Of a DNA stretch of 44,131 bases, positions 17,796-24,859 are shown one piece after another (the stretch's first letter is position 1; each line of letters starts with the position of its first letter). The translations under genes were made by a program, and so were the position numbers. Source of the stretch: a virus; the IMG/VR virus record IMGVR_UViG_3300029818_000004, positions 1 to 44,131 of that record, one strand, 5' to 3'. The notes beneath the pieces were generated by a model. That model was not told the origin of the DNA. It saw nothing but the letters and a program-made list of their open reading frames with translations, and searched no databases.

Positions 17796-18350
17796 TTACT
17801 TGATACGCTTCACAAGCGCGCCGTCGGCGGGGGCGGTGAACGCGCCGTATGCAACGCCCGACTTCACGGCCTTGACGCTGAACTGCCGACCGTCCGCGCC
17901 TTCCTTGCGGAAACGCTTGTTGGCGCTGGAAACGGTCGAAGCCATCGACTTCGACGGGTTCGGCTTGTCTTCGGTCGCCGGAATGAAGAAGGACTGTCCT
18001 TCGTTCATGGTTTCGAACGGATAGGTCGAAGAACCGCGCGACGCGCGACCTTCGGGCAGTTCCGCGCCGTCGATAAGGTCGAACGACGGCGAAGCGGCGG
18101 GGGTGTTGGTCGTGGTCACGTTGTTGGTATTCCCTTCGGTTGCGGACGCGGCTTCGGCCATGCCCTTTTCGGTTGCGCGAACAGCGACCTTGTCGCCGTC
18201 GGCGATTTCTTCGTTGACTTCGACCATGTCGTTGTCAAGAAGGTTCTTCACTTCGGCCTTGGTCGCCATGTGATAGGGCGCTTCTTCGTTGGCCATCGAA
18301 GCGACGATTGCGGCCAAAAGCGAAACGCTGGCCTTGGTAAGCTTTGCCAT
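17796..18350 (-). CDS. Hypothetical protein (184 aa) in a stand-alone transcription unit
   Basis: Strong RBS (AAGGAAGGAATTTCAGATATG), own promoter-like element upstream and tandem hairpins downstream. The N-terminal domain, Thr/Asn-rich linker and C-terminal domain (YPFETMNEGQSFFIP...) show no family I can name. Confidence 0.75.
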   Translation of the reverse strand: MAKLTKASVSLLAAIVASMANEEAPYHMATKAEVKNLLDNDMVEVNEEIADGDKVAVRATEKGMAEAASATEGNTNNVTTTNTPAASPSFDLIDGAELPEGRASRGSSTYPFETMNEGQSFFIPATEDKPNPSKSMASTVSSANKRFRKEGADGRQFSVKAVKSGVAYGAFTAPADGALVKRIK

Positions 18351-18410
18351 ATCTGAAATTCCTTCCTTGCTGTCTTGCTATGTGGGCAAGCCCTTTGTTG
18401 CCCTGCCAAC

Positions 18411-18453
18411 GACCTAAGTTACGTCGGACGGCGTGTCAACACCTAAGTTCAAC
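18411..18453 (-). promoter_or_regulatory. Promoter-like element P1 (GTTGACAC -35) flanked by 9-bp direct repeats
   Basis: Minus strand GTTGAACTTAGGT-GTTGACAC-gccgtccgacgtAACTTAGGTC. The -35 TTGACA is at 18434..18439. The -10 is weak (TAGGTC after 17 nt). AACTTAGGT is repeated at 18412..18420 and 18441..18449. Confidence 0.35.
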
Positions 18454-18832
18454 CTTTTTTCGATTGGGCGACGATTGACTTCAACCCTTCGGTCGCTTGC
18501 CGTTGCGCCAAATTCAAGTTCGCGGCCATTTGTTCGAACGCCCCGGCAATCTGTGCCATGGTCGGCGTTCCGGCGTTGTAAAGGTGTTCGCTGTGCGCTT
18601 CCAAAAGCGTCTTCGCAGCTTCAACCATTTGATAAAGTATGACCGACGACGCCAATAAATGTTCATACTTCGGATTGACCGAACCCTTGGCAATGACAAG
18701 TTCAAAGCCAACGGGCGGTATGCCTTGGGCAATACGCGCGTTGTGTTCGGGACCGATAGGCATTGAAAACAGATTGCCCACATTATCGACAACGAATGTC
18801 CGTCCCATGATTTCCGCGCTGTCAATCGTCAT
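18449..18832 (-). CDS. Hypothetical early protein (127 aa)
   Basis: Track ORF with ordinary amino-acid composition. Overlaps the upstream gene by 11 nt. Confidence 0.7.
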   Translation of the reverse strand: MTIDSAEIMGRTFVVDNVGNLFSMPIGPEHNARIAQGIPPVGFELVIAKGSVNPKYEHLLASSVILYQMVEAAKTLLEAHSEHLYNAGTPTMAQIAGAFEQMAANLNLAQRQATEGLKSIVAQSKKG

Positions 18833-19133
18833 TGTGCTGCCCTTTGAAATACCGGCGCGTTGTGCGCCCGTCGCCTTCTTCGACTTGCCAACCGGCCATT
18901 ACGTCGTTCGGATTGCCGCCAGCCGCTTTGAAGCCGCGAATGTATTGGTTGATATGCAACAAGTCCATGCGTCCTTCGCACTTTTCGCATACCAACTTTT
19001 GACCGAACAGCGCGCCGGAACCTTTGGCAATCTGTTCGTCGGTTAGAACGAAGCGATGACGCGGGCAAGCGTCAAGACGGGCGACGTTATCTTGTGCCGC
19101 CGCCCAACGTTCGGACATGCCCGCGTCGGTCAC
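18822..19133 (-). CDS. Hypothetical early protein (103 aa), Cys/His zinc-binding candidate
   Basis: ACPRH...CEKCEG pattern. Abuts the neighbouring genes without gaps. Confidence 0.65.
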   Translation of the reverse strand: MTDAGMSERWAAAQDNVARLDACPRHRFVLTDEQIAKGSGALFGQKLVCEKCEGRMDLLHINQYIRGFKAAGGNPNDVMAGWQVEEGDGRTTRRYFKGQHNDD

Positions 19134-19544
19134 TTAGGTTGCGCCCTTGGCGGCGTCGCCTTCGGCTTCAGCTTCGCTTGCCGGGGTCTTGTCGCCCCAT
19201 GCGTTTTCGGCGTCGGTTTCGGCGACGGACGGACGGTCGCCCTTGGCTTCGGCAACTTCCTTGCCGTCCTTCGTCGTCACGTCGGTTTGTGCGTTGGCGC
19301 GCGACGAAGCGCGACGTTGCGGGTTGTAATCCGGCATGGACTTGACTTGCGCCGTCTGAACGGGCTTCGCCGGGTCAACCGTGTTGTGGTTGCTATCGAC
19401 TTCAGGCAGCTTTGCCGGGTCGCTTTCAACGTTCGTCTTTTTCTTCGCTGTCATGGCGTCTTTTTCCTTGTGGTTTGCCTTCAGGGAACCGCCGGGCCGT
19501 CCGTCGCCGTCATGGTCGAATGTGCCTTTACGCCAACGGGTCAT
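19134..19544 (-). CDS. Hypothetical, largely disordered charged protein (136 aa) with an FDHDGDGRPGGS motif
   Basis: RBS GAAGGAAACTGAAGCATG. Low-complexity Lys/Asp/Ala/Thr-rich sequence. Confidence 0.65.
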   Translation of the reverse strand: MTRWRKGTFDHDGDGRPGGSLKANHKEKDAMTAKKKTNVESDPAKLPEVDSNHNTVDPAKPVQTAQVKSMPDYNPQRRASSRANAQTDVTTKDGKEVAEAKGDRPSVAETDAENAWGDKTPASEAEAEGDAAKGAT

Positions 19545-19565
19545 GCTTCAGTTTCCTTCTAGCTG

Positions 19566-19603
19566 AAATGCCCGGCAACAACACAACGCGCCGCCGGGCA
19601 TTT
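19566..19603 (-). terminator. 11-bp hairpin between the MazG gene and the next gene (terminator-like)
   Basis: AAATGCCCGGC-16 nt-GCCGGGCATTT, a perfect inverted repeat in the 68-nt gap. The A/T ends give U-runs in either direction. Confidence 0.45.
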
Positions 19604-19612
19604 GGTTCTAGC

Positions 19613-20401
19613 CTAGCAGTCCATGCCTTCGCAATCGCCGATTGGCGTCTTGTGATGACGTGTCACAGTGCCAACCGGCTTGACCATGTCGGCGTTGTTC
19701 ACGGCCTTGATACGTTCGGCCATGTCGCCGACTTCGCCGCGCGGTTCGGGGTTCTTGACGACTTCGACGTTGTCGAACAACGGCGCGTCGGGCGCGGCTT
19801 CCTTGAAGGCGTCTTCAAGCTTGGCGTGTTCGCTGGCAAGGTCGCGGTTCGCGTCCCTGAATACGTCGAACGCTTCGCCGTGCCGACCGTGAAGCTTGTC
19901 GATATTCGCGCGGTCGCAATGGTCGCGCGTCATGCCGATACCGCGAAGCGAACGGACGACATACCAATTCAAGTCGCCCGCTTCTTCCATGACGTTGACC
20001 TTGTCGAACGGCTGGCCTTCAAGGAACTTCAACAGATATTCGGCGACTTCGCCCGCTTCGGTGATAACGCCGACCGCGCCGTGAAGCGTGTCAATGTCGG
20101 CGGGCGACCATTTGCCTTCGCGCTGCAATGCGTCGATAAGGTCGCCGACCGACGGCTTGTCGAACGGTCCAAAGTTCAGTTCTTCGCGCGTCTTGCCCCT
20201 GAACAACAGTTTCTTGATAAGGTTCAAGTCTTCAGCGAACCCGGCGACGCCCATAAGGATATGCCGCATGTCCAACACTTCGACTTGTTCGGGCTTGAAG
20301 ACGGTCGAACACGTCTTGTCACATTCGGCCATATAGTCGAACGACTGTCCGACGGCGGTTCCGTCTTCGCGCTTGCCGCTGCGAAATTCTTCTTCGGTCA
20401 T
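19613..20401 (-). CDS. mazG: MazG-like nucleoside triphosphate pyrophosphohydrolase
   Basis: ITEAGEVAEYL and MEEAGDLNWYV match the paired EExGE / EExGDxxWY metal-binding helices of the all-alpha NTP-PPase (MazG) fold. Confidence 0.75.
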   Translation of the reverse strand: MTEEEFRSGKREDGTAVGQSFDYMAECDKTCSTVFKPEQVEVLDMRHILMGVAGFAEDLNLIKKLLFRGKTREELNFGPFDKPSVGDLIDALQREGKWSPADIDTLHGAVGVITEAGEVAEYLLKFLEGQPFDKVNVMEEAGDLNWYVVRSLRGIGMTRDHCDRANIDKLHGRHGEAFDVFRDANRDLASEHAKLEDAFKEAAPDAPLFDNVEVVKNPEPRGEVGDMAERIKAVNNADMVKPVGTVTRHHKTPIGDCEGMDC

Positions 20402-20447
20402 ATTGGGATTGTCCTTCCTAAAAAGCCCACATATCGGGCCGGGCAGC

Positions 20448-20576
20448 TTACGCCGTCACATACCATTCGTCAACATAGGCGGACGGAATACCAACGTCGG
20501 GTTCGGCGGGGCAAACCGTGTATTCGATGGTTACGGGCAGTCCGCCAAGAACGGTTGTTTCAAGTTCATGTGCCAT
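20448..20576 (-). CDS. Small hypothetical protein (42 aa), not in the ORF track
   Basis: Own translation: MAHELETTVLGGLPVTIEYTVCPAEPDVGIPSAYVDEWYVTA. RBS GCAAGGAAGCGAACACATG. First ORF downstream of promoter P2. Confidence 0.5.
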   Translation of the reverse strand: MAHELETTVLGGLPVTIEYTVCPAEPDVGIPSAYVDEWYVTA

Positions 20577-20609
20577 GTGTTCGCTTCCTTGCTTCGTTGT
20601 GTTGAATGA

Positions 20610-20638
20610 ACGTTACGACGTTCATTCCAACGTGTCAA
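20610..20638 (-). promoter_or_regulatory. Sigma70-like promoter P2 (TTGACA-17-TAACGT) containing a 10-bp perfect palindrome
   Basis: The -35 is at 20633..20638 and contains the TGA stop of the upstream gene. The -10 is at 20610..20615. The palindrome GAATGAACGT-tacg-ACGTTCATTC at 20604..20627 covers the spacer and the -10. Confidence 0.5.
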
Positions 20639-20892
20639 CGAAAAAGCGCACGACCATTGCGACGACGTTCGACGGCTTGCGCGCCTTGCTTGTGAATACG
20701 CTTCAACCGCTGTTCGTCCTGCCATGCGGCGATATGATGGAAAGCGTAAACGGGTTGGCCGTCGTTGAAGTCGTATGACCATTCGGCATAGTTTTGCCCA
20801 AGCGGTGCGCCGACGATTGCGTTGGTATTGACGAACATTGAATTGCCTTTCGGTGTTTCGATGTTGCCGTTATCGACCACAAGTCTTAACAT
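20635..20892 (-). CDS. Hypothetical early protein (85 aa)
   Basis: Track ORF. Its ATG lies 5 nt after the stop of the upstream small gene. Confidence 0.6.
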   Translation of the reverse strand: MLRLVVDNGNIETPKGNSMFVNTNAIVGAPLGQNYAEWSYDFNDGQPVYAFHHIAAWQDEQRLKRIHKQGAQAVERRRNGRALFR

Positions 20893-20896
20893 TTCG

Positions 20897-21049
20897 TTAA
20901 AGCCTTTCGAACGCTTCGCGGTGCGCCGTCATGTGGGCAACCGTCCTGAAGTGATAGCCGCAAACCGGGCAGGGAACCGGGAAGGCCAACGACGGCGCTT
21001 CCCGGTTCGACTTTGGCTTACGCGGCGCGCAATGCGCTTCAGTTTTCAT
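20897..21049 (-). CDS. Small C2H2-type zinc-finger protein (50 aa), not in the ORF track
   Basis: Own translation: MKTEAHCAPRKPKSNREAPSLAFPVPCPVCGYHFRTVAHMTAHREAFERL (C-x2-C-x8-H-x3-H, reminiscent of Ros/MucR-type fingers). The ATG overlaps the end of the upstream gene by 11 nt. Confidence 0.55.
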   Translation of the reverse strand: MKTEAHCAPRKPKSNREAPSLAFPVPCPVCGYHFRTVAHMTAHREAFERL

Positions 21050-21956
21050 AGCCGTTGTCTTCCATGAACTGCCGAACGTGTTCCCAATTCGGCGCTAGAC
21101 CGCGAAGGAATTTCCGCGCGTCGTCTTCTTCGTTGCGTGTTTCGTTCCACACTTCAACGTCGATAAGCGACCGAAGTTCGTCGTCAACAAGACGTTCGAT
21201 AACCTTCGGTTCAAGGGCGTCTAGTTCCCATGACTTTTGACCGTGAACGGCGACGTAATCAGCCGCCCGGCGGTCGGTCATCTTGGCAGGGTTCGGCGGC
21301 GGGTTGTATTGGCGAACTTGGTTCATGTTCAACGCAATGCGCCGCACTTCGACGTTTTCGCCCGCGAACAGTTCAAGCCGTTCGCTGTTGTCCCGCGTCA
21401 TGTCAATGCCCGACGGGTCATGGTCGCCAAGATGGATAAGGACACATTCGCGACCTTGGTTCAACATTTCTTCGAACCGCTGGCCAGCGCGCCACATTTC
21501 CGACGCCGACGAATAGCCCTTGCAAGGCATGTAAGGGACGCGAAGCTTTTCGCATGGGCGACGAAGGACCGACGAAAGCGCGTCCTTTTCAACCCATACT
21601 TCGACGTATTTCCCTTGGCGCTGCCAAAAGTCCAACGCGAAACCGTGTTCAATGCCCTGAAGCGGTTCGGTTTCGTCTTCTTCAATCAACCATTCGTGAA
21701 TACCGCGCCCCCGGTCTTCAATCGCATACCAATCTATAAGACCGGCCAACCGGGCGTTCGTTACCAAAATGCCAAGATTGTGATACGACTTGTCGTTGTT
21801 CGGGATATAGTCGCGGGCGACGAACTGATAATACAACTGGCGAAGTGTCAACGTGTAACCTTGCGCGCTGTATTCGGCGATAATTTCATTCGCCTGTTCA
21901 ATCTGCCGTTCGGACTTGCTGCGAAAGTTGATTTCTTTGTATTGGATAAAAGGCAT
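21039..21956 (-). CDS. Topo VI subunit A / Spo11-like protein (5Y-CAP winged helix + Toprim), stand-alone mini-A type
   Basis: LTLRQLYYQFVAR (Tyr-Tyr in a winged-helix context). YVEVWVEKDALSSVL (Toprim Glu). VLIHLGDHDPSGIDM (Toprim DxD-P-x-G). 305 aa, with no B subunit nearby. Confidence 0.5.
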   Translation of the reverse strand: MPFIQYKEINFRSKSERQIEQANEIIAEYSAQGYTLTLRQLYYQFVARDYIPNNDKSYHNLGILVTNARLAGLIDWYAIEDRGRGIHEWLIEEDETEPLQGIEHGFALDFWQRQGKYVEVWVEKDALSSVLRRPCEKLRVPYMPCKGYSSASEMWRAGQRFEEMLNQGRECVLIHLGDHDPSGIDMTRDNSERLELFAGENVEVRRIALNMNQVRQYNPPPNPAKMTDRRAADYVAVHGQKSWELDALEPKVIERLVDDELRSLIDVEVWNETRNEEDDARKFLRGLAPNWEHVRQFMEDNGYEN

Positions 21957-22015
21957 GGTTCAAAGTCCTTCCTATGATTGCCCAAGGTCGCTTTTGAACC
22001 ATGCTTGAAGTTCTG

Positions 22016-22534
22016 TCAACCCCTAGCTTGTTCGATATAGGATTGCAGTTGCGTTGCCGCGTCGCGCCAGTTGAAGGCGACCCCGACGGCGTATCCAACA
22101 TGGCGAAGCTGGCCAATCCATTCGTCTTGAACGCCCGACGTGCTGCCCGCCGCCCGCTTGACGCGGGTTGCCTTGCGAACGCCTTCTTCGCGCTGTTCAG
22201 GGCGCTTCATTTCGATGAATAGCCCGGCATACGCCCGACACGGCCAAGGCAACATAAGGTCGGGAACGCCGGGCTTAACGCCTTCATGCTTCAGCTTGGC
22301 GGCGGTTATCTTGTCGCGAAGTCCGCCGTTCGGTATGGCGAACAACCAATTCAGTTCCGGCACAAGGTCTTGACCGTTGAACGACGACGCCTTGAAGGCT
22401 TCGCGCGACCCGCTGTCCGACCATGCCCAAGCGACGGCGAAGCCATGCTTGGCCGCTACGTTGCACCATTGAAGCAACGCGCGTTGATGACTATGTTCGC
22501 CGTCCGCTTTGGCCAGTTGGTCGGGCGTCATCAT
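22016..22534 (-). CDS. VRR-NUC domain nuclease (PD-(D/E)XK superfamily)
   Basis: GVKPGVPDLMLPW...AGLFIEMKRPE...VQDEWIGQLRHVGY fits the G.PD...E.K...Q..W signature of VRR-NUC. Confidence 0.7.
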   Translation of the reverse strand: MMTPDQLAKADGEHSHQRALLQWCNVAAKHGFAVAWAWSDSGSREAFKASSFNGQDLVPELNWLFAIPNGGLRDKITAAKLKHEGVKPGVPDLMLPWPCRAYAGLFIEMKRPEQREEGVRKATRVKRAAGSTSGVQDEWIGQLRHVGYAVGVAFNWRDAATQLQSYIEQARG

Positions 22535-22821
22535 TCCGCCCCTTCGTCCAATATGCGGATTGCGCGCGACAAACTGCCGATAATGCCGAACGTGTCGTAT
22601 TGCCCGGCTTGATACGTCGAAACGCTAACGTCGCCGTCTTTATGGCGCGTCGTCAATACGACGACCGCTTGAATAACGGGTTCATCGGGGTTCGCTTTGC
22701 CTATGTCGTCAAGGGCAGCGGCAAGCGCCCGGCTTGGCGGGTGTTCGGTTGAAGCTTGACGCTTTTCCCAAGCGGCACGTTCAAATTCGTTCACTTCAAC
22801 AAGCCTTCGTAAACTTCGCAC
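22531..22821 (-). CDS. Hypothetical early protein (87-96 aa)
   Basis: Track ORF. A GTG at 22794 overlapping the upstream TGA (GTGA) is the more likely start. Confidence 0.6.
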   Translation of the reverse strand: MRSLRRLVEVNEFERAAWEKRQASTEHPPSRALAAALDDIGKANPDEPVIQAVVVLTTRHKDGDVSVSTYQAGQYDTFGIIGSLSRAIRILDEGAE

Positions 22822-23018
22822 ATTTCGGCGTCGCTGCCGACGCCCTTATATACGACGGTATTGTAAAGGACCGTCACAGTCCAATAACGTTCGTATCCGC
22901 CTTGCGCCGCCGCAAGCGTGTTCAGTTCGTTGACGTATTCCAGCAATTCAAGCCGGTTCGTCGGGGCGCGCGGCGGGTCGCAAGCGATACGACCGGGCGG
23001 TTCAATAGGGCGCACCAT
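22791..23018 (-). CDS. Hypothetical early protein (75 aa)
   Basis: Track ORF 22791..23126 has an Arg-rich N-terminus that looks spurious. ATG 23018 (MVRPIEPPGRIA...) overlaps the upstream TAA (TAATG). Confidence 0.55.
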   Translation of the reverse strand: MVRPIEPPGRIACDPPRAPTNRLELLEYVNELNTLAAAQGGYERYWTVTVLYNTVVYKGVGSDAEMCEVYEGLLK

Positions 23019-23467
23019 TACGCTTCTTCCCCGACCGACGGAAAGGCACATTCGCCCAAATGGCAGCAACCGCAAGGGACGGCCTTCGAATATGGAAGCC
23101 CGGCCATTTCGCGGTATGCGTTGCACTGTTCAAGCGTCTTCATAACGGGCAGTTCGGCGACGACTTCGCCGATTGGCCTTGCTTCGCTTTCATCGCTGCG
23201 AACCGTTACGTTCTTCGGCAATCCGCCCAAGCCCATGATGACGAAGCCGGGCAGGATTGCCGGGAAGTCTTCAGCGGTCATCAAATAGGCGATTTCGAAC
23301 GGCCCGGTTTCGTTGCGCGTATAGCCAAACGACGGGTCATATTCGCGAAGCGTCATGGTATCGCCGACGCGATACTTGCGGTCGTCCCGACGTATTTCGA
23401 ACGTCTTCTTACCTTCGACAATCGCGGCGAAGAAGTGTGGATGACACTTCAATTCATGGTGCGCCAT
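23018..23467 (-). CDS. DUF3850 / ASCH (PUA-like) domain protein
   Basis: HELKCHPHFFAAIVEGKKTFEIRRDDRKYRVGDTMTLREYD closely follows the DUF3850 consensus (HELK.wP.yF.a...G.KtfEiRknDRdf.vGD.l.L.Ey). Confidence 0.7.
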   Translation of the reverse strand: MAHHELKCHPHFFAAIVEGKKTFEIRRDDRKYRVGDTMTLREYDPSFGYTRNETGPFEIAYLMTAEDFPAILPGFVIMGLGGLPKNVTVRSDESEARPIGEVVAELPVMKTLEQCNAYREMAGLPYSKAVPCGCCHLGECAFPSVGEEA

Positions 23468-23601
23468 TAGCCGAACTTGTCCATTGCGCGTTGCATGGCT
23501 TCAGCCTTCGACAAAGGCTTGGGACGCATGGCGAACGCCATAACGTGCGGCGACGACTGAAGCGCGGTCGAAAGAAGCGCCATCTTGCGAATTGAAATCA
23601 T
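23467..23601 (-). CDS. Small hypothetical protein (44 aa), not in the ORF track
   Basis: Own translation: MISIRKMALLSTALQSSPHVMAFAMRPKPLSKAEAMQRAMDKFG. RBS CAGGAAGGACAACCCGACATG. Its TAA overlaps the next ATG. Confidence 0.5.
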   Translation of the reverse strand: MISIRKMALLSTALQSSPHVMAFAMRPKPLSKAEAMQRAMDKFG

Positions 23602-23633
23602 GTCGGGTTGTCCTTCCTGAAGTTGCCCTTAGT

Positions 23634-24056
23634 TCATTTGCCCCATTTGCCCGGCGAAGGCAACGGCTTTCCCCAAGCGTCCCGTTTCGGCGCATTGCCC
23701 ACATTAGGCGGGGCGGGGTCGGGCGCTGGCGTCGGCTTGCCCCATTTGCCGCCTTCCAACACAAGCACGTCGTCAACAGGCGGCGGCTTGCCCCATGGTT
23801 GGCGCGACTTGGCGATACGTTCGGCTTGTTCCTTCGACGTGACGTTGGGCAGTTCAAGAACAATCGGTTCGTCGGGAACCAACGACCATTCGCACGTCAA
23901 GTCTTCGTCGCGCGCCGTAAAGCCCGACGACGAACCGCCCGCGTGATTGATACGAAGGCCGTTGAACTGATAATCAACGTATGTGCCTTCGCCGAAGCGT
24001 TCGCACGTTACGCGATAGCCTTCAACGACCAACGGCCATATTTCAGCGTATTTCAC
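23634..24056 (-). CDS. Hypothetical protein with a C-terminal WGKP repeat tail (140 aa)
   Basis: GTG start overlapping the upstream TGA. The C-terminus reads PWGKPPP..KWGKPTP..AWGKPLP..KWGK. Confidence 0.65.
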   Translation of the reverse strand: MKYAEIWPLVVEGYRVTCERFGEGTYVDYQFNGLRINHAGGSSSGFTARDEDLTCEWSLVPDEPIVLELPNVTSKEQAERIAKSRQPWGKPPPVDDVLVLEGGKWGKPTPAPDPAPPNVGNAPKRDAWGKPLPSPGKWGK

Positions 24057-24211
24057 GACACGTCCTTTTCGTATTCATCGCCGCACTTCGAACATTCGTA
24101 TATGATGCACATTCCGACGCGGTAAGGCGTCCGCTGCCAATCATGGTCGCACTTGGGCGGGTCGGGTTCAACCCAATGCGGCGGCGTAAGGTCGTCGGGG
24201 TTGTGCGCCAT
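24053..24211 (-). CDS. Small zinc-ribbon-like protein (52 aa)
   Basis: MAHNPDDLTPPHWVEPDPPKCDHDWQRTPYRVGMCIIYECSKCGDEYEKDVS. This is the 3' half of track ORF 24053..24370, whose Arg-rich 5' half overlaps a better ORF in another frame. Confidence 0.55.
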   Translation of the reverse strand: MAHNPDDLTPPHWVEPDPPKCDHDWQRTPYRVGMCIIYECSKCGDEYEKDVS

Positions 24212-24212
24212 G

Positions 24213-24386
24213 TCAACCAACCTTCTTTGCGGCTTGCGACCGAATGAAGTCTTCAGCTTCGCCAATGGTCGTAAACGTCTTGTCGGTGATACGGTCGCGC
24301 GGGCCGTCAACGGTCGGCGTCGTTTCGATAATGCGGAACGGCCTAGCGATAGGCGGAACCCGCTGTTCAAATATCTTCATGTTCAT
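24213..24386 (-). CDS. Small hypothetical protein (57 aa), not in the ORF track
   Basis: Own translation: MNMKIFEQRVPPIARPFRIIETTPTVDGPRDRITDKTFTTIGEAEDFIRSQAAKKVG. ATGA overlap with the upstream gene, and its TGA lies 1 nt before the next ATG. Confidence 0.55.
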   Translation of the reverse strand: MNMKIFEQRVPPIARPFRIIETTPTVDGPRDRITDKTFTTIGEAEDFIRSQAAKKVG

Positions 24387-24679
24387 TGCCCGGTTTCCTT
24401 TGCTTCCTTCGCCGCCTTAGCCTTTTCAACAAGGTCTTCAATGACCATGTTCAACCGGGCAGCGGCGCGGCGATATGCGTCTTCAAGCTGGCGCAAGTCT
24501 TTGACGCTGGCCTTGCCCGCGTTTGAAATGTTCATCACTTCGCGGGTTGTCGTGTCGGCAAGCCGAACGGTTTCGTCAAGGAACGTCTTAATGTTGAAGC
24601 GGGGTTCGCCCTTCTTCGGTTCGTATAAGTCAAGCATCGGCGCGACCTTCCCAAAGCTGATATTCGCCGTTGTCGCCAT
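24383..24679 (-). CDS. Hypothetical early protein (98 aa, helical, Lys/Glu/Ala-rich C-terminus)
   Basis: Track ORF. An alternative ATG at 24637 would reduce the 50-nt overlap with the upstream gene. Confidence 0.6.
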   Translation of the reverse strand: MATTANISFGKVAPMLDLYEPKKGEPRFNIKTFLDETVRLADTTTREVMNISNAGKASVKDLRQLEDAYRRAAARLNMVIEDLVEKAKAAKEAKETGQ

Positions 24680-24845
24680 GGGTGCAAAGCCCTTCGCGCG
24701 ACATAGCGTTGGTTGACAGTCCGAAGCCGGTCACTTCAAACGACTTCGCGTGTCCGCAATAATCGCCGTCGGGGTCGGCACCGAAGAAGCGACACGCGCC
24801 GGGGCAATCGCCCCAAGCCGGTTGACATTCCTTCTTAACGCCCAT
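24630..24845 (-). CDS. Cys-rich small protein (71 aa)
   Basis: Track ORF 24630..24932. The likely start is ATG 24845 (MGVKKECQPAWGDCPGACRFF...) behind AGGAAGGA. Confidence 0.55.
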   Translation of the reverse strand: MGVKKECQPAWGDCPGACRFFGADPDGDYCGHAKSFEVTGFGLSTNAMSREGLCTHGDNGEYQLWEGRADA

Positions 24846-24859
24846 GTTGAAAGTCCTTC

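Noticed and set aside
19351-19360. Exact match to the Neisseria DNA uptake sequence GCCGTCTGAA
   Set aside because: I found only one full copy, plus a 9/10 copy near 10394. That is compatible with chance given the frequent GCC-GTC codons. It is not the over-represented word in this genome.
9185-20605. Large plus-strand ORFs antisense to structural and early genes (for example 9185..10168, 17556..18356 and 19412..20605; also 25010..25654 and 40051..41079)
   Set aside because: All are mirror images of well-supported minus-strand genes (capsid, the 184-aa gene, MazG, gpJ-like). They show the Arg/Val/Phe/Gly-rich antisense signature and have no RBS.
24053-24370. 105-aa track ORF treated as a single gene
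   Set aside because: Its first 53 residues are Arg-rich and overlap a better 57-aa ORF in another frame (24213..24386) that is ATGA-coupled to the upstream gene. Only the distal 52 aa (from ATG 24211) look real.
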